From: Minisyncoccota bacterium
GTDB lineage: Bacteria; Patescibacteriota; Minisyncoccia; Phycocordibacterales; GCA-2747955
Length of the DNA: 32,697 nucleotides
Direction of reading: 5' to 3'
NCBI GenBank assembly: GCA_020629435.1
Contig: JAHDDI010000003.1
Span: forward strand, 24,075 to 56,771
The notes beneath the pieces are model-generated. The model saw only the letters and a list, made by a program, of their open reading frames with translations. It did not search any database and was not told the DNA's origin. Positions 1 to 8,306 of the stretch are shown here, in pieces. The translations under genes and the position numbers were made by a program. Positions within the stretch are counted from its first letter, which is position 1. Every line of letters starts with the position of its first letter.

Positions 1-125
1 AATTGTTCGCTATCTCTATTTAATCCATGACGAATTATTTGTGCATGATTACACAGATATTGTAGCCGTCTTACTTCGTCCAATATTTGTTCATTGGTTG
101 CTTGTAGTAGTTCTTGTCTGTTCAT
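1..125 (-). CDS. HD-domain hydrolase paralog, N-terminal part only (runs off the left edge)
   Basis: Not in the ORF track. The ATG at 125 translates to MNRQELLQATNEQILDEVRRLQYLCNHAQIIRHGLNRDSEQ, which aligns with the N-termini of 1093..1689 (TNEQILAQVQRIKYL..FRYGTERD) and 130..735 (LYLMRLKHVTRWGFQRD). Confidence 0.75.
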   Translation of the reverse strand, partial: MNRQELLQATNEQILDEVRRLQYLCNHAQIIRHGLNRDSEQ

Positions 126-129
126 AATT

Positions 130-735
130 CTATTGAAAATAAAATGCACCTGTTGCATCCAATTGCTCGGTTATTTCTTTAACATATTCAAAGGCAATGG
201 GGTGCGTTTTTGCTATAAACAAACGTTTGTTAATAAACATGTCCTTAGTTACCCGTTGCTTTGCGTAACGCATTTTTGCAACGGCTGGGTTAGACAACAA
301 TTCAAATGCACCTTCTGTTTTGTCCAACATTTTCATAAAATCAACTTCAGGACCATTTTGTGTTTCATATTCTACCGCAGACTTGTAAATTTCTTGAGAA
401 AGTGACATCGGTGTTTTAGTTCTTGCCGAATCTAATGCTTCAAGCTCGAGATTTGTGTCTGACTGAGTTTTTTGAAATGTGGGAATATCACCTGTCTCTA
501 TTTCGCCGGTATCGTGCCACAGAATCATGTCATAGATTTTCTGTTTATCTAGTCTATTTTCTGGGTCTAGAATAGGAAGAAAATATTTCGCAAGAACCAT
601 CAGTCCATAGACATGTTCCGCTACGGACTCAGTTGGGTCATTAGTATCACGTTGAAACCCCCACCGTGTCACATGTTTCAGACGCATCAGATACAAAATT
701 TGTTCTATCTCTTTTTGTATTTTTTCTTGATTCAT
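130..735 (-). CDS. HD-domain phosphohydrolase (YfbR/HDDC2-like putative 5'-deoxynucleotidase)
   Basis: Family motifs R-W..ESVAEH, HD in LWHDTGEIETGDI, EYE and LDK. Confidence 0.85.
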   Translation of the reverse strand: MNQEKIQKEIEQILYLMRLKHVTRWGFQRDTNDPTESVAEHVYGLMVLAKYFLPILDPENRLDKQKIYDMILWHDTGEIETGDIPTFQKTQSDTNLELEALDSARTKTPMSLSQEIYKSAVEYETQNGPEVDFMKMLDKTEGAFELLSNPAVAKMRYAKQRVTKDMFINKRLFIAKTHPIAFEYVKEITEQLDATGAFYFQ

Positions 736-741
736 ACATTT

Positions 742-750
742 AGTATAACA
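742..750 (-). promoter_or_regulatory. Extended -10 promoter (TGtTATACT), 6 nt before the ATG at 735
   Basis: Direct TGnTAnnnT match; spacing fits a leaderless transcript. Confidence 0.6.
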
Positions 751-755
751 CCCAG

Positions 756-1100
756 CTAGTCAAAGGTGTGCAGGATATCAAAAAAATTTATTATTTTTCC
801 TTTTTCATTTACACTGATTCCTTCTTTTTTGTATAATTTCATTCGTGCATCGTGGTGATCTGAATTAATCCAAACAATACCATTTGCATAGACAATACGA
901 TGCCACGGTATATTTTTGACACCCCTATTCGCTGCGCGACCTAAAATACCAGAGACACTACGTGCAGCCTGACCTCCTCCACCTGCGGCACGCGCTATGT
1001 GCCCATAGGTAGTTACTCGACCCGCAGGTACAGACAATGCTGCCTCTACAACACGGTCAGAAAATGTTGGGCCTTCTTTTTTGGTTACTATTTTATTCAT
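756..1100 (-). CDS. Alkyltransferase-like (ATL/YbaZ-type, MGMT family) O6-alkylguanine DNA-binding protein
   Basis: VPAGRVTTYGHIA..ARSV helix-turn-helix, and PWHRIV with Trp in place of the catalytic Cys of PCHR. Confidence 0.88.
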   Translation of the reverse strand: MNKIVTKKEGPTFSDRVVEAALSVPAGRVTTYGHIARAAGGGGQAARSVSGILGRAANRGVKNIPWHRIVYANGIVWINSDHHDARMKLYKKEGISVNEKGKIINFFDILHTFD

Positions 1101-1689
1101 AAAAATACCCTTGCCGTTTCATTTCGTTACCAATAACATCTGCAAAACGTTCTAGTACCGGAAACCCTGCAATATAATCTTTCTTTCCACGCATAGCCTG
1201 CTCAAATGTTGTTTTGTTGCGTAGCATGATTTCTTTACCATATTTATCAAACACTTCGAACAGTGGTTCAATTTTATCGATGGCTTTTGTAAACTGTGCT
1301 TCACGACTTTCTTGGGCTTCGTATTCAGCAACCAGAGCACGCACATCCAGTGCCATGTCTTGGGGGAGTTTATTTAAAGTAATTTCCATGTCTTTTTTCC
1401 CACGCGCACGGTCTGCGTCTGTTTTTTTGTAACTAATGATGTCGCCTGATTCAATCTCGTCTAAGTCATGCACAAACAACAAGTCCAGGACTTTTTGCCT
1501 ATCAATTGATTCGTCGATTAGTGGGAAAAAATAGTTAACTAACACGGTCATGCCATATAAATGTTCTGCGTTTGATTCTGCTCGCTTCCATGGGTCACGT
1601 TCTGTACCGTAACGAAACACCCCCTTCATTTTATATAGGTATTTGATACGCTGCACTTGAGCCAATATTTGTTCATTAGTCAAATCCAT
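1093..1689 (-). CDS. HD-domain phosphohydrolase (YfbR/HDDC2-like), paralog of 130..735
   Basis: Motifs ESNAEH, VHDLDEIESGDI and EYEAQESREAQFTKAIDKIE. Confidence 0.85.
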   Translation of the reverse strand: MDLTNEQILAQVQRIKYLYKMKGVFRYGTERDPWKRAESNAEHLYGMTVLVNYFFPLIDESIDRQKVLDLLFVHDLDEIESGDIISYKKTDADRARGKKDMEITLNKLPQDMALDVRALVAEYEAQESREAQFTKAIDKIEPLFEVFDKYGKEIMLRNKTTFEQAMRGKKDYIAGFPVLERFADVIGNEMKRQGYFYE

Positions 1690-1697
1690 ATATTAAT

Positions 1698-1706
1698 ATT
1701 ATAGCA
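1698..1706 (-). promoter_or_regulatory. Extended -10 promoter (TGcTATAAT), 8 nt before the ATG at 1689
   Basis: Perfect TGnTATAAT. Confidence 0.65.
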
Positions 1707-1755
1707 AATAGAAAAAATTAATGGTTATATCTATCTAGTTTGTTAAACTAACGAA

Positions 1756-2193
1756 ATGAAACGTCTCAACTTTTTTGCCCTTATGATTTGTTTTCTTTCT
1801 CTCTCTCAAGTTATTGGTTTTTTTACAAACAACTATAATTTATTTTGGCTTGGAAAGGCATCCGCCTTTTCTCCTTTACCAATACCCTTTCGGGAATATC
1901 ATGGATATTATGAAAATTTTACTGTTCGTGAAACCATTACCTTGGTAGATAAAAATGGGAACTCAACTGTTTTGGATAAAAAAAATATACACGAGATGAC
2001 TGACGGTCCTCATCGTCGCAAAGTACTTTATTATTCAGGATTAGGGCATGGGCCCATTGTTGGTCCTGCTTTATATACACCGATAATTCAATATATTTTC
2101 TGTGATCGCCATGACTACCGCTCTGTTCACATTACTTATCAAAATAAAAAAACAAATAAATTCTATGAACCGATTGATTACACTTGCATCTAG
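1756..2193 (+). CDS. Hypothetical exported or membrane-anchored protein, probable partner of the downstream HTTM protein
   Basis: N-terminal hydrophobic segment, an SPLPIPF motif, and TGtTAAACT (1741-1749) 6 nt before the ATG; overlaps the next gene. Confidence 0.6.
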   Translation: MKRLNFFALMICFLSLSQVIGFFTNNYNLFWLGKASAFSPLPIPFREYHGYYENFTVRETITLVDKNGNSTVLDKKNIHEMTDGPHRRKVLYYSGLGHGPIVGPALYTPIIQYIFCDRHDYRSVHITYQNKKTNKFYEPIDYTCI

Positions 2194-3031
2194 TTACTTA
2201 GCAAAAACCCATAGTTATTCTCCATATCAATTTGCGTCATGGAGAATATTATTTGGACTGTTTCTTTTTGTATACAACATAACAGCGCTACCGTATGTGG
2301 TCGAACTATACAGCGGTGCTGGAGTGTTTGGTAATACAATCACCATCACTCTATTCCCTAATATTCTTATTTTTAATGACAGTGCGTCATTTGTTTATGG
2401 CTTAGGTGTTTTATCTGTATTACTTTCAGGCTGTATCGTACTTGGGTGGAATAGGCCGCTTGCAGCGGGAATTTTGTGGTACATTCATGCGTGTTTTTTT
2501 GGGTACAATTTTCTAACCGAGGATCCAACGTTAGCCTTTATTGGTCTCTTGTTATTAATGCTTGTTGTTATCCCCACAGGAGAGCCATTGAGTTTCAGTA
2601 GGCGAAACAGTTCTTGGCAGATGCCATTTTTTGTGTTTTGGGGGATGTTGTTCCTTGTTGGCTTAGGGTACACAGTCAGTGGTATTGATAAATTTTCAGG
2701 AACTAGCTGGCTAGATGGTTCGGCAATGTACTATATGTACGACATGACAATTGCATATGACAACTGGCTGGTATCTTTATTGAGACAACAGCCAGACTGG
2801 ATGACTGCACTGCAAACATGGTTTGCTGCTGGATGTATGACAGTTGCCCTACCTGCGCTGCTCTGGAATAAAACAAGACTATTAATGTGGATATTTTTGA
2901 CCGGGATGTTCATCTTTATGACCCTTACACATAATCTTTTACAGGTCACACTTGGTATGCTCTTGGTCCACCTTTTTATATTTGACCCACAATGGATACC
3001 TCAAAAAATTCGCAATAGATTTAAATTCTAA
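2165..3031 (+). CDS. HTTM-domain (vitamin K-dependent carboxylase-like transmembrane) membrane protein
   Basis: Multi-pass membrane protein with WRILFG, VLGWNRP and GYTVSGIDK..W..G.A motifs. Start moved to the ATG at 2165. Confidence 0.7.
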   Translation: MNRLITLASSYLAKTHSYSPYQFASWRILFGLFLFVYNITALPYVVELYSGAGVFGNTITITLFPNILIFNDSASFVYGLGVLSVLLSGCIVLGWNRPLAAGILWYIHACFFGYNFLTEDPTLAFIGLLLLMLVVIPTGEPLSFSRRNSSWQMPFFVFWGMLFLVGLGYTVSGIDKFSGTSWLDGSAMYYMYDMTIAYDNWLVSLLRQQPDWMTALQTWFAAGCMTVALPALLWNKTRLLMWIFLTGMFIFMTLTHNLLQVTLGMLLVHLFIFDPQWIPQKIRNRFKF

Positions 3032-4329
3032 GCTACTAACAATTTACCAACTTGGTCTGCCATTCCTGCCCCTGCGCAAATAATTATGTGGTCATTGTTG
3101 TAATTCGCATCTTCAATTACCTCTACAGCATTCTCTACTGAATCAACACACGTGATATCCATACCGTTTACTTTTTCTGTAACTTGGCTAACAACATCCT
3201 GAGAACGAATTGAGAAATCTTTGGGTTTTTCTCGTGCACCATAAATTGGCATCAAACGCACAACGTCTGGTCGAGACAATTGCTGTACCCATCCATCTAA
3301 AAAGTTTTCTGTTCGAGAATACTCGTGCAGTTGATACACCAATACTATTTTTTTGTCTCCATAGTGTTCCCGAACTCCGGTGATTAACACATCTAAGGCT
3401 TCTACGTTGTGTGCGTAATCATCATATACAGGTGCGCCATCAGTTGTCATGCCCAACAACTGAAATCGCCTATCTGCGGTTTCAAATTTTGTCTCAATTG
3501 TTTTTTGTACAATCGATGTCTCTAAGTTTAATTGGAGACAAGTCGTCAGCGCTGCTGCTGCATTGTGAACATTATATTGGCCTGGTATTGGCAAGTCCCA
3601 GCTGTGCTGAGCATACTGAGTATAATCAATGACTGTTATTCCTCGTTGTTCGGCATTCTGTGCAATTATATAGATATGCTGGGCATTTGGATCAGTGACC
3701 AGGACGCCATCTTTTGGTAGTCGATCGACAAATTTCTGAAACACACCTACATAGTTTTCTACTGTTCCAAAATAGTCTAAATGGTCTGGGGTAATATTGG
3801 TCATAACAACAATATCCGGATGAAGAGACATGAATGATTCTTTATATTCACATGCTTCAACCACAAACAAGTCACTGTCTCCTGCTTTAAAATTTGAACC
3901 AAAACGCGGCATTTGTCCACCGACAATAACTGTAGGGTCTAAACCTAGTTCGTCTAATACCGTTGCCACCATAGTAGTGGTGGTCGTCTTACCATTTGTT
4001 CCTGCAATTGCGATTGTCTTTTTATTGACAGATATCACTCCTAGATATTCAGGGTAGGTATATTGAGATATTTCACGTTCAACTGCAACAATTCGTTCCG
4101 GGTTATCGGGCGAAACCGCAGGAGAGTACACAACCAAATCACAGTGTTCAGGTACATTATCTGCTGTATGCTCTGTGTAAATCGTCGCTCCGATGTCCGT
4201 GCGTAATTTCTGACAAACATCATTGTCAGAATTATCTGCGCCAAATATCAAGTAGCCGTTTTGGTGTAAATATCGAGCCAATCCAGACAGTCCCGCACCT
4301 CCTATCCCTATTAAATATGCTGTTTTCAT
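3028..4329 (-). CDS. murC: UDP-N-acetylmuramate--L-alanine ligase
   Basis: GIGGAGLSGLA, GTNGKTTTT, VEACEY, TNITPDHLD and DDYAH. Confidence 0.92.
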   Translation of the reverse strand: MKTAYLIGIGGAGLSGLARYLHQNGYLIFGADNSDNDVCQKLRTDIGATIYTEHTADNVPEHCDLVVYSPAVSPDNPERIVAVEREISQYTYPEYLGVISVNKKTIAIAGTNGKTTTTTMVATVLDELGLDPTVIVGGQMPRFGSNFKAGDSDLFVVEACEYKESFMSLHPDIVVMTNITPDHLDYFGTVENYVGVFQKFVDRLPKDGVLVTDPNAQHIYIIAQNAEQRGITVIDYTQYAQHSWDLPIPGQYNVHNAAAALTTCLQLNLETSIVQKTIETKFETADRRFQLLGMTTDGAPVYDDYAHNVEALDVLITGVREHYGDKKIVLVYQLHEYSRTENFLDGWVQQLSRPDVVRLMPIYGAREKPKDFSIRSQDVVSQVTEKVNGMDITCVDSVENAVEVIEDANYNNDHIIICAGAGMADQVGKLLVA

Positions 4330-4334
4330 AAATA

Positions 4335-5711
4335 TTATTTGTTACGTGTAAATTTCTTTACTGCCTTCAGAAATTGGTCATTACGGTCATATTCATTAGT
4401 AAACATGCCAAATGACGCTGCTGCAGGTGAAAGCACCACCACGTCCGTTTTTTTCGCCGTACGGGCAATATATGAAAATGCTGCATCCATCGAATCAACA
4501 CGAACATAGTCAGAGAAATTTTTTGGGAAATATTCAACCATGTCGTTTGTTCCTTCTCCCCTAAAAAACAATGCATGATCAATTAGTCGCGTTGCCCGAG
4601 AGCCCAATAATGAATAGTCGGTGTCTTTTCGCGCACCACCGGCAAGCCAAATTATTTCTTGGTCTGGGTGTTTGTCACGAATTGATTGCAGGGACAGGAT
4701 TGTGGACTCTGGAGTTGTTGAATTGTTGTCGTTATAGAAATGCACGCCGTCTATTTGTTCTAAATATTGCATGCGTCCCTCAACTGGTTTAAATGACTGA
4801 AGTGCTTTTTTAATTACAGACTCTTTTAGTTCTAGTTTGACACCTACTTGAAACACCAAGACGAGGTTCTGTTTCATGTGGTCCCCCAGTACATGGTATT
4901 TCCAGTCCGGTAATTTAGACAGGTTAATACTCCGTACTTTTTCTACATCACTTGGTCGACCGTATTCTTTTATTGCTTGTTTTGCTTGTGGTGACACATA
5001 ACATGCGGGCTCTTTTTGATATCTAAAGATATTTGCTTTGTCTTTAAAATAAGCCTTCATACTTCCCTTGTAGTAGTTCATATGGTCTGGAAAGAAATTT
5101 GTAAACACGGCAATGTCTGGTGATATACGTGCGTAACCAAACCCCTGCAACTGCCACGAGTCAAGCTCTAGCAGCAATACATCTTCGGACTTAATTTTTT
5201 TCACTAGTGGTAATGTTGCCACACCACGAATGTTGCCACCCAAATGATATGACTTACCTGCTGTATACAATAACGTCTTTATCATCTCCGTTACGGTTGA
5301 TTTACCTTTTGACCCAGTCACACCGATTGTACGCACATTCAATTCTTGCTTCCTGAGCATATCAACTAATAGTGCTGCTGACATATATACAGGAACATTG
5401 TTTTCTTTTGCTGTTTTTAGATATTCATTTTTCAGTGGCACACTTGAGGCGTGCAGGACCATATCAATATTTTTAAAATCTTTCTTTCTGTGTTTTCCGA
5501 GCACCCACTGTATTTGTGCTTCGTATTTTTTGAACCGAATAACAGACGATGCTAATTCTTCTTCTGATTTTAAATCAGTAATAATTAACTCTGCTCCACA
5601 CTCTAGCAGGAACAATGCGTCCGCTATTCCTCGACCTAATATCCCTAGTCCCATTACAGTTATTTTTTTACCTTCAAAATAGTCTTTGTACCAAATATTT
5701 TTCGTGCTCAT
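4335..5711 (-). CDS. murD: UDP-N-acetylmuramoyl-L-alanine--D-glutamate ligase
   Basis: GLGILG, GVTGSKGKST, GGNI, LELDSWQL, PDHMNYY, YND..ST and LSPAAASFG.F.N..R. Confidence 0.93.
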   Translation of the reverse strand: MSTKNIWYKDYFEGKKITVMGLGILGRGIADALFLLECGAELIITDLKSEEELASSVIRFKKYEAQIQWVLGKHRKKDFKNIDMVLHASSVPLKNEYLKTAKENNVPVYMSAALLVDMLRKQELNVRTIGVTGSKGKSTVTEMIKTLLYTAGKSYHLGGNIRGVATLPLVKKIKSEDVLLLELDSWQLQGFGYARISPDIAVFTNFFPDHMNYYKGSMKAYFKDKANIFRYQKEPACYVSPQAKQAIKEYGRPSDVEKVRSINLSKLPDWKYHVLGDHMKQNLVLVFQVGVKLELKESVIKKALQSFKPVEGRMQYLEQIDGVHFYNDNNSTTPESTILSLQSIRDKHPDQEIIWLAGGARKDTDYSLLGSRATRLIDHALFFRGEGTNDMVEYFPKNFSDYVRVDSMDAAFSYIARTAKKTDVVVLSPAAASFGMFTNEYDRNDQFLKAVKKFTRNK

Positions 5712-5718
5712 GATTATT

Positions 5719-5727
5719 ATTGTATCA
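5719..5727 (-). promoter_or_regulatory. Extended -10 promoter (TGaTACAAT), 7 nt before the murD ATG
   Basis: Direct motif match. Confidence 0.6.
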
Positions 5728-5857
5728 ATCTTTAGCTGTTTTCGTTGGTGATATTATGTTTAAAAAAGTATTGATTGCTGTCTATAATTTGTTACAATTG
5801 CCGACATTGCAGATATGTAATGCGAGAGGTATCTCGTTAAACATACATAATGGATAT

Positions 5858-5931
5858 GCGAGTGTAGCTCAGTTGGTTAGAGCGCATCACTGATAATGAT
5901 GAGGTCCCAGGTTCGAATCCTGGCATTCGCA
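5858..5931 (+). tRNA. tRNA-Ile(GAT), CCA not encoded
   Basis: Cloverleaf: acceptor GCGAGTG/CATTCGC, D arm GCTC/GAGC, anticodon arm CATCA-CTGATAA-TGATG, T arm CCAGG-TTCGAAT-CCTGG, discriminator A. Confidence 0.97.
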
Positions 5932-5974
5932 CAGACAAAACAAAACACCCCTTGAGGGTGTTTTGTTTTGTCTG
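5932..5974. terminator. Intrinsic (bidirectional-type) terminator after tRNA-Ile
   Basis: Perfect 19-bp inverted repeat cagacaaaacaaaacaccc-cttga-gggtgttttgttttgtctg. Confidence 0.8.
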
Positions 5975-6023
5975 CATATGCAGGATGAGAAGTTCATGCC
6001 CGCGGAGCGTAGCGTAACGGGTA

Positions 6024-6039
6024 AATCCTGGCATTCGCA
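6024..6039 (+). repeat. 16-bp direct repeat of the tRNA-Ile 3' end (att-like)
   Basis: aatcctggcattcgca at 6024-6039 is identical to 5916-5931. Confidence 0.85.
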
Positions 6040-6124
6040 AAATAAATTCTGATACGATATCGACGCAATGGATCTAGGAATCTAAAATAAAGTCATGATA
6101 AACAACTACTTATTAAGTACCAAT

Positions 6125-6153
6125 AACAAAAAAGCCCTTTGGGCTTTTTTGTT
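6125..6153. terminator. Bidirectional intrinsic terminator
   Basis: aacaaaaaagccc-ttt-gggcttttttgtt. Confidence 0.75.
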
Positions 6154-6264
6154 CGCACCTCCCCTATCTGTACGTCACCTTGGAACACTCGACTATCTAC
6201 TTCTTCCAAACTCGCCGGATGGTGCACGAGCATGCCCTTTGAAAATAACTAAACAGAAATAGAA

Positions 6265-6298
6265 AATATTAAAATCCGCATATGCGGATTGTAATATT
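6265..6298 (-). terminator. Terminator of rpsI
   Basis: Palindrome aatccgca-ta-tgcggatt directly after the rpsI stop, with a T-rich tail on the minus strand. Confidence 0.65.
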
Positions 6299-6300
6299 TA

Positions 6301-6783
6301 TTATCGTTTTACCCATGTAGGTGCCTTTCGAGCCTTTCGTAGACCAAACTTCTTTCGTTCTACTGAACGCGGATCACGTTTCAGGAATCCAGCGTGTTTC
6401 ATAGTTCCACGTAACTCTTCGTTGATTTCAACAAGTGCACGAGCAACCCCCAATCGAACTGCCTCTGCTTGTGCGTTTTGACCACTTCCTTTTGCCAACA
6501 CAGTCACTTGATATGTTTGCCCTACCTCAGGTGTAACCAATGATGCCATAGCAATACCGGTCAAACGTTCAGTTTTAAAATATTCTTTTACATCAATCCC
6601 GTTGACTGTCATAGAATTTGACTTAGCTTCATACAGACGCACTCGTACTGTTGCTGTCTTTCGACGTCCAACTGTTTCAGTATATTTACCTTTTGGTGCC
6701 TGCCCTCGCATTATTTCTGCAATTTTTCGCAGTACTGTCTTTTTGTTACGTTTTGTAACATTTCGATTTTTTACGTCAGCCAT
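6301..6783 (-). CDS. rpsI: 30S ribosomal protein S9, with a basic N-terminal extension
   Basis: GRRKTATVRV, QAEAVRLGVARAL and RDPRSVERKKFGLRKARKAP. Confidence 0.96.
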   Translation of the reverse strand: MADVKNRNVTKRNKKTVLRKIAEIMRGQAPKGKYTETVGRRKTATVRVRLYEAKSNSMTVNGIDVKEYFKTERLTGIAMASLVTPEVGQTYQVTVLAKGSGQNAQAEAVRLGVARALVEINEELRGTMKHAGFLKRDPRSVERKKFGLRKARKAPTWVKR

Positions 6784-6784
6784 A

Positions 6785-7150
6785 TTATTCGTTGATTGTT
6801 AAATTTTTAAGCATCACAGGTCGCAATTTATTTGCTGGTAACATACCGGCAATTGCATTAGTCAATATTGCAGTGTAACCTTTTTTATCAATTACCTCTT
6901 CCATTCGCTGTGTTTTTAGTCCACCAGGATAACCAGAGTATCGATTGTATGTTTTTTGTTCTCGCTTTTTGTTTGTAATGTCTAACAGAGATGCGTTAGT
7001 AACAGTAACTGACACAGAAGGAACCACGTTCCGCTGGAAGTCAGGTAACTGTTTACCCATAAGCAAAACCGCGATTTCACTTGCCACTCGACCCAGTCGT
7101 TTTCCGGCTGCATCGATTGTGTATTCTTGTCTTGTGTTTGTGTCAGTCAT
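6785..7150 (-). CDS. rplM: 50S ribosomal protein L13, short form
   Basis: IDAAGKRLGRVASEIA..L.GK, YSGYPGGLK and GMLP.NKL. Confidence 0.95.
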   Translation of the reverse strand: MTDTNTRQEYTIDAAGKRLGRVASEIAVLLMGKQLPDFQRNVVPSVSVTVTNASLLDITNKKREQKTYNRYSGYPGGLKTQRMEEVIDKKGYTAILTNAIAGMLPANKLRPVMLKNLTINE

Positions 7151-7186
7151 GTTAATGTTTTTTATTTTGGGGATTATACCTTATTT

Positions 7187-7546
7187 CTATACAAATTCAA
7201 TAATTGCCATTTTTGCTCCATCGGAACCAATTCGCTGTCCAGATTTTACAATACGTAAATATCCACCTGGTCGTTCCTTGTATCGAACCGACAGGTCTTC
7301 AATAATTTTTTTTGTAGCCTTATCGCCACCAGAACCTAATTTTGAATGAATACCACGTCGAGTCGCCAATGTCCCATCCTTTCCTTTTGTGATTAATTTT
7401 TCAACATATGCACGAATTTCCTTTGCTTTCGCTTCAGTAGTTTCGATATGTTCACGGTCGATCAATGCAATTGCAAGAGATCGCAACAAAGCGCGTCGTG
7501 CATTACGTTCTCGTCCAAATTTTCTGTTTACATTATGATGTCGCAT
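7187..7546 (-). CDS. rplQ: 50S ribosomal protein L17
   Basis: MRHH..RKFGR, I.TTEAKAKE, EKLIT, RPGGYLRI and DGAKMAIIEFV. Confidence 0.97.
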   Translation of the reverse strand: MRHHNVNRKFGRERNARRALLRSLAIALIDREHIETTEAKAKEIRAYVEKLITKGKDGTLATRRGIHSKLGSGGDKATKKIIEDLSVRYKERPGGYLRIVKSGQRIGSDGAKMAIIEFV

Positions 7547-7575
7547 AAGCCTTTAAATAATATTTATAATTTTCT

Positions 7576-8265
7576 TTAGTCTTTACTTCCTGCCATTGCA
7601 GTTAATTGTTCTAGCATAATTTGTACTGACTGATCCATAACTTCTGTTGGTGTCAGTGTTCCGTCTGTTTCCACAGACATAATTACACGGTTGTAGTCTG
7701 TTCTATCTCCTACACGCATGTTTTCTACTTCATACGTTGCTCGCCGAATTGGTGTAAAAGAAGTATCCATCACCATTGTCCCGACAGGTAGTTTACCTTC
7801 CTGTAAGTCTTCTTTTGCAACATATCCAATTCCTTTTCGAACCTTGAATGTCATTGTAAATGATGCTTTTTTGTCAGAGACATTCATCAATAATGCATCT
7901 TCGTTCATAATTGACACTTCTGTTGGCGCATCAATTTGTTTTGCTGTGTATACTCCGTCACCTTTTACAACTAATGTACATTCTACTTCTTCTGCACCTT
8001 CTAGGCGGAACACTACACGTTTCAAATTCATAAGAATTGTAATCACGTCTTCTTTCACGCCTTCGATAGTAGAAAATTCATGATCAACTCCGTCAATTTT
8101 TACATGAACAACTCCGACTCCTGGAATTGAAGAGAGGATGATTCGTCGTAGTGAATTACCAAATGTGTGTCCGTATCCCGGGTACAAGTTATCAATTTTA
8201 AATGATGCCTTGAATCCGTCTTCAGATACTTGTTCTGGTTTACTAGGTAGTGTGATGTGTGTCAT
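7576..8265 (-). CDS. rpoA: RNA polymerase subunit alpha, N-terminal domain only (229 aa)
   Basis: GYGHTFGNSLRRIILSSIPG, HEFSTIEGVKEDV, FTPIRR..Y.VENMRVG and ETDGT; located between rpsD and rplQ. Confidence 0.95.
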   Translation of the reverse strand: MTHITLPSKPEQVSEDGFKASFKIDNLYPGYGHTFGNSLRRIILSSIPGVGVVHVKIDGVDHEFSTIEGVKEDVITILMNLKRVVFRLEGAEEVECTLVVKGDGVYTAKQIDAPTEVSIMNEDALLMNVSDKKASFTMTFKVRKGIGYVAKEDLQEGKLPVGTMVMDTSFTPIRRATYEVENMRVGDRTDYNRVIMSVETDGTLTPTEVMDQSVQIMLEQLTAMAGSKD

Positions 8266-8306
8266 ATGAATAGTTATATTAACGTTGGCTTTTAAGTCTT
8301 TCCTGT

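Noticed and set aside
5837-6040. 67-aa minus-strand ORF with a repeated RMPGF
   Set aside because: It is the antisense reading of tRNA-Ile, its terminator and the duplicated 3' end.
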